A stretch of DNA of 64,000 nucleotides from Mobula hypostoma (Eukaryota), in contig NC_086108.1 in assembly GCF_963921235.1 (NCBI RefSeq), positions 26,226,001 through 26,290,000 of the forward strand. Direction: 5' to 3'. Both the position numbers and the translations under genes were made by a program. Each line of letters starts with the position of its first letter. Position 1 is the first letter of the stretch. Below, one piece after another: positions 1 to 13,353 of this stretch. The notes under the pieces were generated by a model. That model did no database searches. It saw only the letters and a program-made list of their open reading frames with translations, and had not been told where the DNA came from.

Positions 1-1730
1 CTGCCTTCAGGTAAGGAAAGTGGAAAGAGGTGGGAAAAGGAAACCTATAGTCCTCTTCAAAGCAGGCTGTTGCTTTGTTTCCCAGAAGGACGGTGAGGGG
101 CACTTGTTTCTTTAAGACATTAATGTCACTCTAAAAGTTCCATAGTAAGGTCACCTCAATAATATGAACAAAACAGAATTCAATTTCATCACATGAACTG
201 TTCTGGCTTGACATCCTGTTGCACTTATTGGAAATGGCTTACAGCTAAATTATTCAATAGTCTCAGTGCAAAACATCTTGCAGAGGGTCACTCACCAAAG
301 GAGGTTGTTAATTTCAGGACCTGCTTGGAAAGTAATTGGTGTTTCAAGAAATCATAGTTCAGTGACTGGACAATTCAGATGAATGAATGAGGATCTAATG
401 GCACTTCTGACAACACCAAAAAGCAATGACAAACAAATACACAAGAAACATTTCCATCAATGGAAAGTTGTTGTGGAACTGAGGTACACAGATCTGAAAG
501 GTCTCAAGTTTAAATCTTAGTTAAATGACTTCAGTCAAGTGAGGAAAGTAACTTTGGCATTCCTAAAGCATGATTTTTAAATTGCCTCTAAGACATTGTT
601 ATTCATTTGTAACTTCAGTTGAAGGGTTGCAGTTTCAATGTTGGACAATGCCATGATTAAACTCAAATACGATGGCTCATGTGCCCAGTCATATTTTCGT
701 TTGATCAGACAAGGTTTGGAAAATGATTGCTGAAGCCTGTGCAGCTAGAATTTAGCATCCTTGATTTTCCAAAGCATTCTCAATCTGACTATTTACTTTA
801 GATGGGGGAAGTCACAATAGCAATTGTTTATAACTTTAGTAGTTTCTGAGAATTTCCTGGTTAACTTTTGCTGGTTTTCTAATAACTGTTTGCTAGTAGT
901 GGTGATGAGCAACCATGAAATTTCAATGTCACTAGTTTCAGGCTGAAAAATAGTCGCTTACATTGCAATATTATTCCAATCAATGCTTATGAAACACTCT
1001 GCTGAACAGACCCAAGGCTATTGGCATGGCTCTCTGAATAACTGATGAAGCCTCTCACTTTCTCACTGAGTAAGTTCACCTGTGAGTAGAGCCAACCACA
1101 GAGAACACGAGATCTCCCCAATTATTTAAACCAAATGGTTCACTTTCCGCAAGTTCAGGTAATAAGTAAACATTTTAGCAGTTCCTTCCTACAATGTGCA
1201 TTCAAAATAAAAGTGTCACAGCAGTTGCAAGGGTGGAGGAAGAGAAGTGAATTGATTAAATTCAAATGTATTCCAATGATTTGAAGAATATTTATTATAT
1301 GCAATATAAAAAATAATAACAAAGCAGTTTGATACTACTGTATTTCACTTCTTAGGATTCCTCCACAGAAAAGGGGAAGGAAAATAATCAATAATACTCA
1401 ATGGGAACTTATTTCATCTCCACAAGGCCAAATGAAGAGAAGTAATACCATTGCCTGCTTCCGTATATCAAAAGGGATATATATACATACTGTATATATG
1501 CTTCCATATACCTATGTTTTGCATAAAACAGACAGGATAAGAATCTAATACAAACAAATAACAGAAATCAATAGTCACGTATCAATTCCTCGATCTGTAA
1601 AATAAACACTATAATTAACTAAATTACATTGGGAGTGACTAGGATCAGTAACTAATTGGGAGGACATGGATAATCTACTCTGCTGATCTTGCTGTTGACC
1701 TGTTAACCATTACTTTTTAGACTATTCAGT

Positions 1731-2935
1731 GGAATTGAATTGAATTAACTTTATTACTTACATCCTCCATATTCCTCTCCTATTCCTTCATACTCCTCAG
1801 GTGGAGTAAAAATCTTTACGTTATGTCTCTATTCAAATGTGCAATGTTCAATTCCAGTAATTTATAATAAATATAATGTACAACAGGTTAGTCAACATAA
1901 CATAGAAATACAGTTGCATCAGCATGAAATAAACAGTCTGATGGTCTGTTGGAAGAAGCTGTCTCAGACCCTGTTGTTCCTAGCTTTCATGCTGCGGTAC
2001 TATTTCCCGGATAGTAGTAACTGGAACAGTTTGCGGTTGGGGTGACTCGGGTTTCCAATCAACCTTTGGGCCCTTTTTACACACCTGTCTTTGTAAGTGC
2101 CCTGAATTGTGGGAAGTTCACATTGACAGATGTGCTGGGCTGTCCGCATGACTCTCTGCAGAGTCCTGTGATTGGCAGAAGTACAGTTCCCATACCAGAC
2201 AATGATGCAGCCAGTCAGGATGCTCTCAATTTTGCCCCTATAGAGAGCTATTAGAACTTGGGAGGCCATACCAAACATCTTCAACTGTCTGAGGTGAAAG
2301 AGGCACTGTAGTGCCTTTTTCACTACACAGCCAGTATGTACAGACTACATGAAATCCTCGGTGATGTTTATGTTGAGGAACTTAAAGCTGTTCACCCTCT
2401 CAACGCCAGATCTATTGATGAATATAGGGGTTAGCCTGTCTCCATTCCTCCTGTAGTCCACAACCAGCTCCTTTGTTTTTGTGACGTTGAGGGAGAAGTT
2501 GTTTTCTTGACACCACTGTATCAGGGTAATGACTTGCTGTCTGTAGGCTGCCTCATTATGATTTGAGATCAGGCAAATCAGTGTAGTGTCGACAGCTAAT
2601 TTAATTAGCAGATTGGCGACACAGTCATGGGTATATAGGGAGTAAAGGAGGGGGCTTAGTACACAGCCCTGAGGGGCACTTGAGTTGAGGTTCAGAGGTG
2701 AGGGAGCCCACCCTTAACACCTGCCAGCTATCTGATGGGAAGTCCAGGATCCAGCTACACAAGGCAGGATGAAGGCTGAGGTCTCTGAGCTTACTGTCGA
2801 GACTGAAGGGAATTATGGTGTTGAATGCTGAACTGTAGCCCAAGAACAGCATTCTCACACAAGCATTCCTCTTCTCCAGATGTGTAAAAATGGTGTGTAG
2901 CTTTTGTGTCGTCTGTTGGTCGGTTGTGTGGGTAA
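1731..2935 (-). mobile_element. 5'-truncated, degenerate Rex1/Babar-type LINE (RT and C-terminus, 3' UTR, short-repeat tail)
   Basis: ORF 2625-2939 [34 protein letters not shown] 2000-2323 YRGKIESILTGCIIVWYGNC...HPNRKLFQLLLSG; GAATTGAATTGAATT tail near 1732. Confidence 0.85.
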
Positions 2936-3504
2936 ACAAATTGTAGTTTTACATCAAAGAATAGGTACTTCTACAGGCTGATAATGAAACAACAAATGTG
3001 GTCATGGGAAAGACATGAGAATTCACAGCCAAGTGCATGAGGATTCCGTAACTCCATAAATTCTATAAATGCATCGAGCTTCTGTATTTAGCATATGCAA
3101 CCCAAGCATTCCTGTCATGATCTCAGATTGTCGTTACAATATTCTGAGGGCTCTCAGTTGTTAGCCGTTGTTTTTATTTTGTATTCTCTGCATTTTATTA
3201 ATTATAATTATCTGTATTGTTGCACATTGGGCATTTGATGTGTTGTTCGATCTACTCTAGTTTACATTTAAGTTGCAATTATCCTTGATTATTTCCAGTT
3301 AATTCTCTGATACTTTGCAGGTGTCCAATTAAGTACCTTTGGACATTTGTCTCTTATTAGAACAGTTAATTGTAAGCTTGTTATTAGTCTGGGGTTTTAT
3401 CAGCTGGGTACAGATGCTTTCATACGTGGAGTGTATTTAAAGGGACAGTGCTAACCCCTCATTGGCTTGGATGGCCTGATCCTTGCCCAGTGAAGTTCTG
3501 GCTG

Positions 3505-5207
3505 TGGCTGTGGCTGCGGAACTTGTTGAAGGAAAGAGAACGGGGAAGGAGTGGGAATTGTTGGGAGGGGGTTGTGTGGGTCTGGTAATGGTAGACAAGG
3601 TGAGGACGGGGTTGAAGGAAAGAGAGTGGAGCAGGATAGGGATTTGGAATCAGAGGTAGGCAGCTGGGGAGAAATGGATTATTGTGAAGGGAGAAATAAA
3701 GGGAATGAGGTGATAGTGAGAGGATGGATGAATGAAAACTGAGACTACTATTTTGACTCAGGCCTAGGGAGCTGGTGTTGGGCATGATGATGGACTCTCC
3801 ACTTCTCCCTCTCCCTCATCAGTGTGTTCAGTTCATCTACATGAGCTGTGCCGCTGTCTTCTAGGAGCGTGTTGACCATAGTCTTGGGAGGGTGCCCAGG
3901 GTTCATCCTCCCATGCTTGGGCTCCCATATGATGACTAGACTGGCAGGTAGCTTGGGGTGCCGTGCTAGTTGCAGTCTTCTCGTCTTGATTTTAGTGGTG
4001 TGTATTGGTAGGTTGTTATAGAACTCAATGTTTGTCATGTGCTGTTGTCAACTCACATCAAGAGCCATCTGGAGCAACCATCTAGAGACTTTCACATTGT
4101 CTTGGTGAGTGTCCATGCCTCGCATCCATATGTGAGTATGGACTCTATGACTGCTATGAAAATCCTCTTTTTAAGCCCTCTGGTCAGGTTTGACTTCTAG
4201 ATTTCCTTCATGTCGTTCTTAAAACTGAGACAAAGGGAATAAAAGAGTAAGAAATGACAGTGGAGAGAGCTCTGAAAGTGAGGAAGATGAACAAGTTCAG
4301 AGCGAAGGTGTTACCATAATTAGGTTTAATGAGAAGGCTCAAGGAAACATGAAGAAAATTAACCTGTTTGTGCTAACAACAACTCTGGCTAATAAGATAG
4401 GGGAAATAGTATTTGCAAAAGTCCTCAATGATGGCAACCTATTGGTAAAATGTGTGAATGAGGAACAACTTGAGAAAGCACTCAAGCTAAAAGAGATAGG
4501 AAAATGCAAGGTGGAATACACAGGGAGGGTGGGAGAACGAAATGGCGGTGGATGTAAAGGAGTGATCACGGGGTATCAATGAGTATAAATATGGAGGAGT
4601 TAAAGAGGAATATTAAAGGAGGGAAAGTAATGAATGTTCAAAGATTGAAAACAACAAAGGAGGGAATGAAAAAGGAAAGTGAATCAGTATTGATTGAATT
4701 TGAAGAAGCAAGAGTGCCAAGGAAGGTGTTCCTGGGTTTCATGAGTTCCCCAGTAAGGGTGTATGTGCCAAAGCCATTGAGGTGCTATAATTGTCAAAGG
4801 TTTGGACACATAGCTAAAAACTGTAAAAGGCAGGGGAGATGTGCTAGATGTGGGGGTAATCATGAATATGGAAAGTGCGGAACAGGAGTGCAACCAAAAT
4901 GCTGCAATTGTGGAGGAGCTCATAATGTGGCACATATTGGGTGTGAGGTTATGAGATGGGAGAATAAAATTGAAGAAATAAGAGTGAAAAGAAAGATCAC
5001 TTATGCAGAAGCTGTAAGTATGTCAAGAGAACAGAATAATGCTCCTAATGAACAGAGAGAAATAGGGATGCGAGAGATACAACAAAGAACAAATGACAGG
5101 ATTTATGTAGAGAAGAAGGCTTCAGTAACATTCATTGCAGGAGTGATTAATAGTACGGTTGAGGTAAAGTCAAAAGGTGACAAAATTCAGCTGGTGGTCA
5201 GAGCAGC
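3505..5207 (+). pseudogene. Nimb-like ORF1 (gag-like, three zinc knuckles), interrupted by an RTE insert and frameshifts
   Basis: PLRCYNCQRFGHIAKNC, CARCGGNHEYGKC and CCNCGGAH in ORF 4579-5259; upstream KVLNDGNLLVKC segment in ORF 4349-4582. Confidence 0.85.
3746..4220 (-). mobile_element. 5'-truncated RTE-type LINE 3' fragment nested in Nimb ORF1
   Basis: ORF 3748-4038 IKTRRLQLARHPKLPASLVIIWEPKHGRMNPGHPPKT...LMREREKWR; TAGTAG tail; 11-bp TSD AAAACTGAGAC at 3735-3745 and 4221-4231. Confidence 0.85.
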
Positions 5208-8200
5208 TGGAGGAGGAGCGGGGTTGTGCTATGTTAATCAAGCAAGGTATACCATATAGGGTACTAGAAAAAGGAGATGATCAGGAATACATAGTGGTGG
5301 AAGTGTGGGAGACAGGGGAGGAAGTGGTTATAATTAACAACTACAATCCATGTAAAAGGTTGGATTTGGACAGCCTATTAAGGATACAAGGACAAAACAG
5401 ACATAAAGTAGTGTGGTGTGCAGATTTCAATGCTCACAGCACAATATGGGGGGATCCGAGTACAGATTCAAATGGAAAGGTAATTGAAGATTTGATAGAA
5501 GAAAGTGATTGTGTATGAATGATGGTAGAGGAACAAGGATAAACATAACAACAGGAACTGAGTCAGTATTAGATATTATGTTAGTGTCTAATTCCTTGGC
5601 TGGAGTTAGTAACTGGGGACTTTGGACTGCTTCAGCAGCAGGCCGTGATCACTACCCAGTTTTATGTTCAGTGGGTTGAAAGAGTTGAAGTAAGACCAGG
5701 TGGTGGAATCCCAAAGTGGGTGTTTGGAAAAGCAGATTGGGGTAAGTTCCTGAAGTTGACTGAAGAAGCATTGACAAAGATTGATATTTCTGGAAATATA
5801 GATGAGTTAAACAGTCAGGTGACTTCAGCAATTATTGTGGTAGCAGAAGGATCTATACCTAGGAGTAAAAATAGGATGAATAGAAAACTGGTACCATGGT
5901 GGACAGAGGAATGTTGTCAGGCTGGAAAAAAAACAGAAATAGAGCAGTCAGGCTAGTTAAAAGAACCCATAATATGCAGCATTTGATTCAATATAAGAAG
6001 GCACAGGCAGTGGTGAGAGGAACTATACGTCAAGTTAAAAGGGCAAGTTGGAAGAGTTTTTGCAACACAATAGGAAGAACAACACATGTGGGAGAGGTAT
6101 GGGGAGTGATTAAGAGGATGGGAGGAGATAAGCGGGAATGGGAATATCCAGTAATGATATCTGAGGAGGAAACAGCAGTCTCCAGTAGGGAAAAGGCTGA
6201 GATCATGGCTGAGTCGTTGGTACAGATACAGTTCAGAAAATTTGTCTGAAGAAGGGAAAGAACAGTGAGTCAACAGCCAGGTGTGTTGAACAGGAGGGAA
6301 GAAACTGATGATATAATTGATGATCCATTTACATTGGCAGAAATGGTGAGAGCAATAAAGAGATCGAGACCAACCTCCCCAGGGAAAGATCTGATATGCT
6401 ATGTTATGCTAAAAAATCTAGGAGAAGGAGCGCTCTTGAAGTTGCTGCACTTTTTATAACAGAGTGTGGGAGGAGGGAAGATTACCAAATGCATGGAAAG
6501 AAGTAGTAGTAATTCCAATAAGGAAACCTGGCAAGGATCTGTCAAATCCCACTAGCTATTGATCAATAGCATTAACATCAAATATATGCAAGGTAATGGA
6601 AAGGATGATAACAGAAAGGTTGTCGTATGAGCTTGAGAAGAGGGGAATGCTGGAAAGTTATCAGTGGTTTTAGGAAGGAAAGGAATTCCATGGACTCAGT
6701 GATAAGGTTAGAGACTAAAATAAGAAAGGCCCAGGCAAATAAAGAGTCAGTAGTTACAATGATTTTTGACATAGAAAAGGTCTATGATATGATGTGGAAG
6801 GAAGGATTATTAAGTGAACTGCACAAGATTGGGATTGGAGGGAAAGTTTTTAATTGGATTGAAGATATTTTGTTCAAGTTCGGATTGGATCAGAATTATC
6901 AAAACAATACATAGTGGGAAATGGCACACCTCAAAGTAGTGTAATTAGCCCATTACTTTTCATCATTATGATCAATGATGCCTTCACAAAGGTACCAGTG
7001 GATATTGGTAGTTCACCGTTTGCGGATGATGGGGCCTTGTGGAAAAGAGGCAGGAACATGGAACATATAATCAGGAAACTACAAGGAGCAATTGATGAAG
7101 TGGTGGACTGGTGTTATGCTTGGGGACGTAAATTTTCAGCAGAAAAATTTCAAACTATTTTTCACCAGGAAAAGAATTGAGGTAGGGAAGAAGTTATGGG
7201 ATTGAATTGGAAAGGGTTGGATCATTTAAATTTCTGGGAGTTATATATGATTCATGATTAACATGGGCAGACCATAACAGGAAAGTTGAGGAGAAATGTA
7301 AAGAAGTAATAAATGTGATGAGATGTTTGACTGGTAGGGAATGCGAAGCAAGTTGTTCAGCGTTGAAGGGAATGTATGTGGCTTTAGTAAGATTTGTGTT
7401 GGACTATGGAAATATAGCATATGGATCAGCAGCTAGGTCTCTTATAAGGAAACTGGATGTGATCCAGGCTCAGGCTTTGAGAGTGTGCAGTGGGGCTTTT
7501 AAAACATCACCAGTATCAGCCCTAGAGGTAGAAGTGGGAGTAATGCCTTTGGAACTAAGAAGGATGCAATTGATGGTAAATTACTGGGCTAATTTGCAGG
7601 GGCAGAATGATTCTCACCCTGCAAAAGGAGTGTTGCAGGAGTGCTGGGAAAATGGGAGGTTTCAGAGGGATAACTTTAGTCAGGTATTGCTAAAGAATGT
7701 GGAGTGTTTGATCTAAGGATAAGTCCTTCAGTAGTTTATCCGGTTGTAACTCCATGGAAGCTTGAATGGCCTGACAGAGACTGGTATTTGTTAGAGGTAA
7801 AAAGGGAAGGAAAATATAGAACAGATTTGGTAAGTGTATTTAACTGTCATGTGATGGAAAAGTATAGTGATTATACTCAGGTTTATACAGATGGTGCTAA
7901 GGAACCTGAAACAGGAGTGACATGGTTTGGGGTGGCTATACCAGCAAAAGAAATTGGAATAAGCAGAAGAACATCTAATAAGTTAGGGGTCTATACAGTG
8001 GAGATGCTGGCAGTGTTGGTTGCGTTGCGATGGGTGGAGAAAGCCAGACAAGTCAAAGCATTGATATGTTCAGATTCATCCTCCGTTCTAGCAATTTTAA
8101 GGTCTCTTCACACAAACAGTTGGCAAGATGTACTTTATGAAGCCCTTCAGTCAGTCACAAGAATTGCAAATCAGGGAGGTCAGGTAAAATTTCTATGGGT

Positions 8201-8746
8201 TCCAGCACATTTAAGGGTGAAGGGAAATGAGAGGGTGGATGAGTTGGCAAACAGGATGTTAAAGAAAGAAAATATAGAAATGCACATTAGTATCAGTAAA
8301 GCAGAGGTTAAGTGTGTAATCTGGGAAAAAAAATCAACCAAATGTGGCAAGAAAGATGGGACAGGAAGGGGAAAGGGAGGCATTTATATCAAATACAAAA
8401 GAGTGTTGCAGTTACTAGGGTAGGTAATGGAAACAGAAGAGAGGAAATTGTGTGGACTAGGTTAAGGCTTGGGCATTGTGCATTAAACAAAACATTGAAA
8501 ATGATCAGGGAACACCAGACAGGATTGTGTGAGGAATGTCAGGAAGAGGAGTCAGTAGAACATGTAGTTCTGAGTTGCAGGAAGTATGGGATACAGAGAG
8601 AGATGATGAGAATTAATCTAAGGGAATTGGGGGTGCAAGAATTCACATTAAAGGGGTTGCAGGGCATGGCTGAGAGAGCACAGGTCAGGGTATTTTTAGC
8701 TTTTTTAAGGGGTGCAGGGTTTTTTTATATAGGATATGATGGATAA
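5208..8746 (+). pseudogene. Nimb-like ORF2 (partial APE, RT, RNase H, C-terminal CCHC), broken into many frames
   Basis: APE ADFNAHSTIWG; RT GTPQSSVISPLLF and FADD; RNase H YTDG...EMLAV...SDS...WVPAH..KGNERVD; CEECQEEESVEHVVLSC. Confidence 0.9.
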
Positions 8747-8931
8747 GTGGGAATAGGATACTAGGGTGGCCAAAGATGGGAGGATAAAGTGTAGGTTAGA
8801 GTATGTGTGTGTGTGATTGGGTGAAGGGATTTAGAATGTAAGTCTATTGCACACTCTGGACCAGAAGGTGGCGGTAATGCACCATTAAGCTGAGTGCCAA
8901 CCGCCGTAAAACAAGACGGAGAAGAAAAGTA

Positions 8932-9121
8932 AACACGAGGAATTCTGCAGATGCTGGAAATTCAAGCAACACACATCAAAGTTGCTGGTGAACGCAACAG
9001 TCCAGGCAGCATCTCTAGGAAGAGGTACAGTCGACGTTTCGGGCCAAAACATCAACTGTACCTCTTCCTGGAGATGCTCCTTGGCCTGCTGCGTTCACCA
9101 GCAACTTTGATGTGTGTTGCT
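8932..9121. mobile_element. Palindromic PLE-derived mini-insertion in the Nimb tail
   Basis: Arms are reverse complements about GTTTCGGGCCAAAAC; matches the terminus of the GIY-YIG element at 57398; 15-bp TSD CGGAGAAGAAAAGTA at 8917-8931 and 9122-9136. Confidence 0.9.
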
Positions 9122-9646
9122 CGGAGAAGAAAAGTAGTAGTTCTGGCTGAGTGATCCAAGACCTTGTAAGTTCTACTCTTTTGGTAATAAAGTTCCTAGT
9201 TTTGTTTAACCCTTCTGAGTTGCTGTGTGATCCTGCACTTGTGTCCCATGAAGCAAAATGGTGCATTCACCCATATACCTCAGAGAAAATTGCTGCAGCA
9301 CACCAGACAATTTTCATTTTTGAGGTGCTCATGGTTATTTAGTTACTGAGTCTAACAGCACAGAAGCAGGCTCTTTGGCCCATCACATCAATGCCAACCA
9401 TTTTTCCCCATCTACACTCATCCCATTTGCCAACAATAGTGTATCCTTCCATGACTCGCTGATTTATTGTAGACAATTGCTGCAGCACTTGGTCACAATT
9501 AGAATAAATCATCTATAGCAACAATTTTTTTTCAACTGACTAAAGCACGAAAACGGACATTGAATTGCTAGCTGTCTAAACATTACTTGTCCTTTCTTTC
9601 TATCTCTGTCATTTCTTTCCTTGATAACAACACTCTTTTGTGCTTT

Positions 9647-11000
9647 AGACCATAAGACATTGGGACAGAATTAGACCATATGGCCCATCGAGACTGCTCT
9701 GCAATTTCATTACCTCTCAACTGCATTCACCTGCCTTCTCCCCATACCTTTTGCACCCTGACTAATCCACAACCTAACAACCTCTGCCTTAAATACACCC
9801 AATGACCTAGCCTCCACAGCTGCCTGTGGCAACAAATTCCATAGATTCATCATCCTCTGGCTAAATGTTCCCTCACATCTCCATTCTAAATTGACGTCCC
9901 TCTATTCTGAGGCTGTGCCCTTTGGTCCAAAACTCCCCCCGCCGTAGGAAACACCCTCTCCATCTAGGCCTTTCCATATTTGACAGATTTCAATGAGACC
10001 CCCGCACCCCCGCACCCCCACATTCTTCTAAATTCCAGCAGATAAAGGACAGACCCATCCATCACTTCTCATATGTTAAGTCTTTCATTCCCGGAATCAT
10101 TCTTGTCAATCTCCTCTGAAACCTCTTCAAAGTTAACACATCCTTACTTAAATAAGGGTCTCAAAACTGCTCACAATACTCCAAGTGAAGCCTCACTGCT
10201 CTCAGCATTACATCCTTGCTTTTATATTCTGTTCCTCAATAAATGAATGCTAACATTGTAGTTGCCTCTGACTCAACCTGCAAATTAACTTTTAGTGAAT
10301 CCTGCACGATGACTCCCAAGTCACTTTGCATCTCAGATTTTTGAATTTCTCTCTGTTTAGAAAATAGTCCATGGTTTTATTCCTTCTACCAAAGTGCATA
10401 ACCATACACATTCCGACATTCTATTCTATTTGCCAGTTCTTTACCCATTTTCCTATTCTGTCTATGTCCTTCTGTAGCCTCCCTGCTTCCTCAACGTTAC
10501 TTGCACTTCCACCTATCTTTGTATTGAAAATAAACCTAACTACAAAACCATCAATTCCACCATCCAAATCATTGATATACAATGTAAGAAGAAGCGGTCC
10601 CAACATTGACCTCTGTGGAACATCACTAGTCACTGGCAGCTAATCTGAAAAGGATCCCTTTATTGCCACTCTGTCTCCTGCCAATAAGCCAATGCTCTAT
10701 CCATGCTAGTACCTTTCTTATAATACCATGGGCTCTTATCTTGTTAAGCACCTTGTCAAAGGCCTTCTCTTCCGAAAATCCGACATCCAACAATTCATTT
10801 TTGTCTATCGTACTTGTTATTTCCTGAAAAAATTCAAACAGATTTGTCAGGCAAGATTTTCCCTAAAGGAAACCATGCTGACATTTTACCATGTGCCTCC
10901 AAGTACCCCATGCTACATCCTTAGCAATCAATTTCAACATGTTCTCAACCACTGAGGTCAGACCATCTGGCCTATAATTTCCTTTCTCATGCCTCCCTCC
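9647..11000 (-). mobile_element. Old degenerate CR1 LINE, 3' part
   Basis: ORF 10421-10633 TSDVPQRSMLGPLLLTLYINDLD...LQKDIDRIGKWVKNWQ; CR1-type 3' UTR and AGACCATAAGAC tail. Confidence 0.85.
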
Positions 11001-11444
11001 TTGTAGAGCAGTGTGTTTCATAGCAAGCTACCTATCCATTCTGCCACTGTTTCCTTGACTCTGTGTGTACTGACACTGATGAGTTCGCCATTAAAACATT
11101 TTTCAATATACTGCAGATATGGTTCCCTTATCTACATTTCTACTTGCTACTTCAAAGAACATAATAAGGTTGGTCATGTATGACTTTCCTTGTTGAAATA
11201 AAGGTCTATATCCTTTCCTAATGATATTGCAGAAATGAAAATCAACATAGGCATTGCAGAGTTTTGAACAGAATTTCCATCATAATGACTAACAGATTAT
11301 GCTCAGTCAAATCAGCCTCACCTATGGGAATATATATGCCATAAAATTAAACAAGCTTATTTTCTTCATATGTTAACAGCTACATAAGAAATAATTTAAT
11401 TAATCTATCAGTTACTTCTTTTCCCTGTTAGTTACAATGTCAAA

Positions 11445-11790
11445 ATTGAGTTCAAAGTAAATTTATTACTTCAATCTTGTTATACTGTCTCATTTGGATG
11501 TGTTCATGGGTATTCATGTATAGTTGAATGATAATTAAACTGGAATTGAGTTATCAAAGAATATATATAACACCATATACAACCCTGACATTTGTTTACT
11601 TGTGGGCATTCTCAATAAAGCCAGGAACCATAGTAGAATCAATGAAGGACTGTACTGAAAAGGGCCAGCAAACAATCAATGTGCAAAAGAAAACAAACAG
11701 AGCAAATACAAAAGAAAAACAAATAATAAAATAAGAATAATGAATAATCAAGTAATAAATATCAAGAATATGAGATGAAGAGTCCTTGAA
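11445..11790 (-). repeat. 3' end of a non-coding retroposon family
   Basis: Similar to 22860-23095 and to the reverse complement of 42430-42622. Confidence 0.55.
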
Positions 11791-11799
11791 GGGTGGAGC

Positions 11800-12429
11800 T
11801 TAGGAGGATGATGGCGCCAAATGGCGACTACTCTGCTTGCATCTTCCCTTTCAGGGTACTTCTGAAGACCCTGACCTGGAGTTACACGCTGACTTTGGTT
11901 CTTTGCAAGAATGGGACCCACTCTTGGGGTCTCACGACTGGCCGCTATTCGATATACTAAGGACGTGGCCTCGAAGACTAGCCCGACTTCAGGGTTCCAT
12001 GATTTCATGGCTCTGGAGGTGGGCAGACTCAAGGTCGGTGCCTCCGTAGGAAATTGGTATGTCGTGGGAGTACACGGAAGATTGAAAGCAGCAAGTTGGC
12101 TGCCAGCTGTGTGCTCAGAGACCAGAGTTCTTTTGGCACAGAGCTCAGAAAAAGTGATGCAACAGACATTTAACTTCGTAAATCAACAAGTTGTTTGCTA
12201 AGTCTCCCCTCTCACTGTGAAATGGAGACATCCCTTTCTCCCTTATCAGGGAAAGAGAGAGCCTGTGGTACGTCAAATTACCAGGTGAACAAGTAGTCTT
12301 TGGGGTACTGCAAGTCCATCTGTGTCTTTATTGATGCTTTGCTGCACACTTGAGTGCTCCGTGATGGGGGGGTGCGCCGATTTTTTTTTTTGCTGGTGGG
12401 GGAGGGGTATCATCGCTTTGCTGCTGCTT
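11800..12429 (+). repeat. Probable non-coding interspersed retroposon, truncated by the CR1 at 12430
   Basis: GATGGCG-type start and G/T-rich body loosely resembling 59634-60497; no coding motif. Confidence 0.4.
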
Positions 12430-13313
12430 ATAGAAACATAGAAACATAGAAAATAGGTGCAGGAGTAGGCCATTCGGCCCTTCGAGCCTGCACCGCCATT
12501 TATTACGATCATGGCTGATCATCCAACTCAGAACCCTGCACCAGCCTTCCCTCCATACCCACTGATCCCCGTAGCCACAAGGGCCATATCTAACTCCCTC
12601 TTAAATATAGCCAATGAACTGGCCTCAACAGTTTCCTGTGGCAGAGAATTCCACAGATTCACCACTCTCTGTGTGAAGAAGTTTTTCCTAATCTCGGTCC
12701 TAAAAGGCTTCCCCTTTATCCTCAAACTGTGACCCCTCGTTCTGGACTTCACCAACATCGGGAACAATCTTCCTGCATCTAGCCTGTCCAATCCCTTTAG
12801 GATTTTATACGTTTCAATCAGATCCCCCCTCAATCTTCTAAATTCCAACGAGTACAAGCCCAGTTCATCCAGTCTTTCTTCATATGAAAGTCCTGCCATC
12901 CCAGGAATCAATCTGGTGAACCTTCTTTGTACTCCCTCTATGGCAAGGATGTCTTTCCTCAGATTAGGAGACCAAAACTGCACACAATACTCCAGGTGTG
13001 GTCTCACCAAGGCCTTGTACAACTGCAGTGGTACCTCCCAGCTCCTGTACTCGAATCCTCTCGCTATAAATGCCAGCATACCATTCGCCTTTTTCACCGC
13101 CTGCTGTACCTGCATGCCCACTTTCAATGACTGGTGTATAATGACACCCAGGTCTCGTTGCACCTCCCCTTTTCCTAATCGGCCACCATTCAGATGATAA
13201 TCTGTTTTTAAACGCAAACAACAGGAATTCTGCAGATACTGGAAATTCAAGCAACACACATCAAAGTTGCTGATGAACGCAGCAGGCCAAGCAGCATCTG
13301 TAGGAAGAGGTGC

Positions 13314-13348
13314 AGTTGACGTTTCAGGCCGAGACCCTTCGTCAGGAC
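13314..13348 (-). ncRNA. Minimal hammerhead ribozyme-like motif (mirror copy)
   Basis: Reverse complement reads GTCCTGACGAAGGGTCTCGGCCTGAAACGTCAACT. Confidence 0.6.
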
Positions 13349-13353
13349 GAAGG

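Larger units (their letters stand above)
3505..9138 (+). mobile_element. Near full-length Nimb/I-clade LINE with RNase H, inactivated by frameshifts, stops and nested insertions
   Basis: 11-bp TSD AGTTCTGGCTG at 3494-3504 and 9139-9149; domain order gag-like ORF1, APE, RT, RNase H, CCHC; 3' stem-loop GGCGGT...ACCGCC and purine-rich tail. Confidence 0.9.

Noticed and set aside
1..16. CCTTCAG|GTAAGG splice-like motif at the window edge
   Set aside because: No upstream context to show an exon.
8932..9121. Palindromes as DNA-transposon MITEs, CRISPR repeats or miRNA genes
   Set aside because: TSDs are long and variable, arms are asymmetric, the sequence matches a GIY-YIG PLE terminus, and there is no repeat-spacer array.
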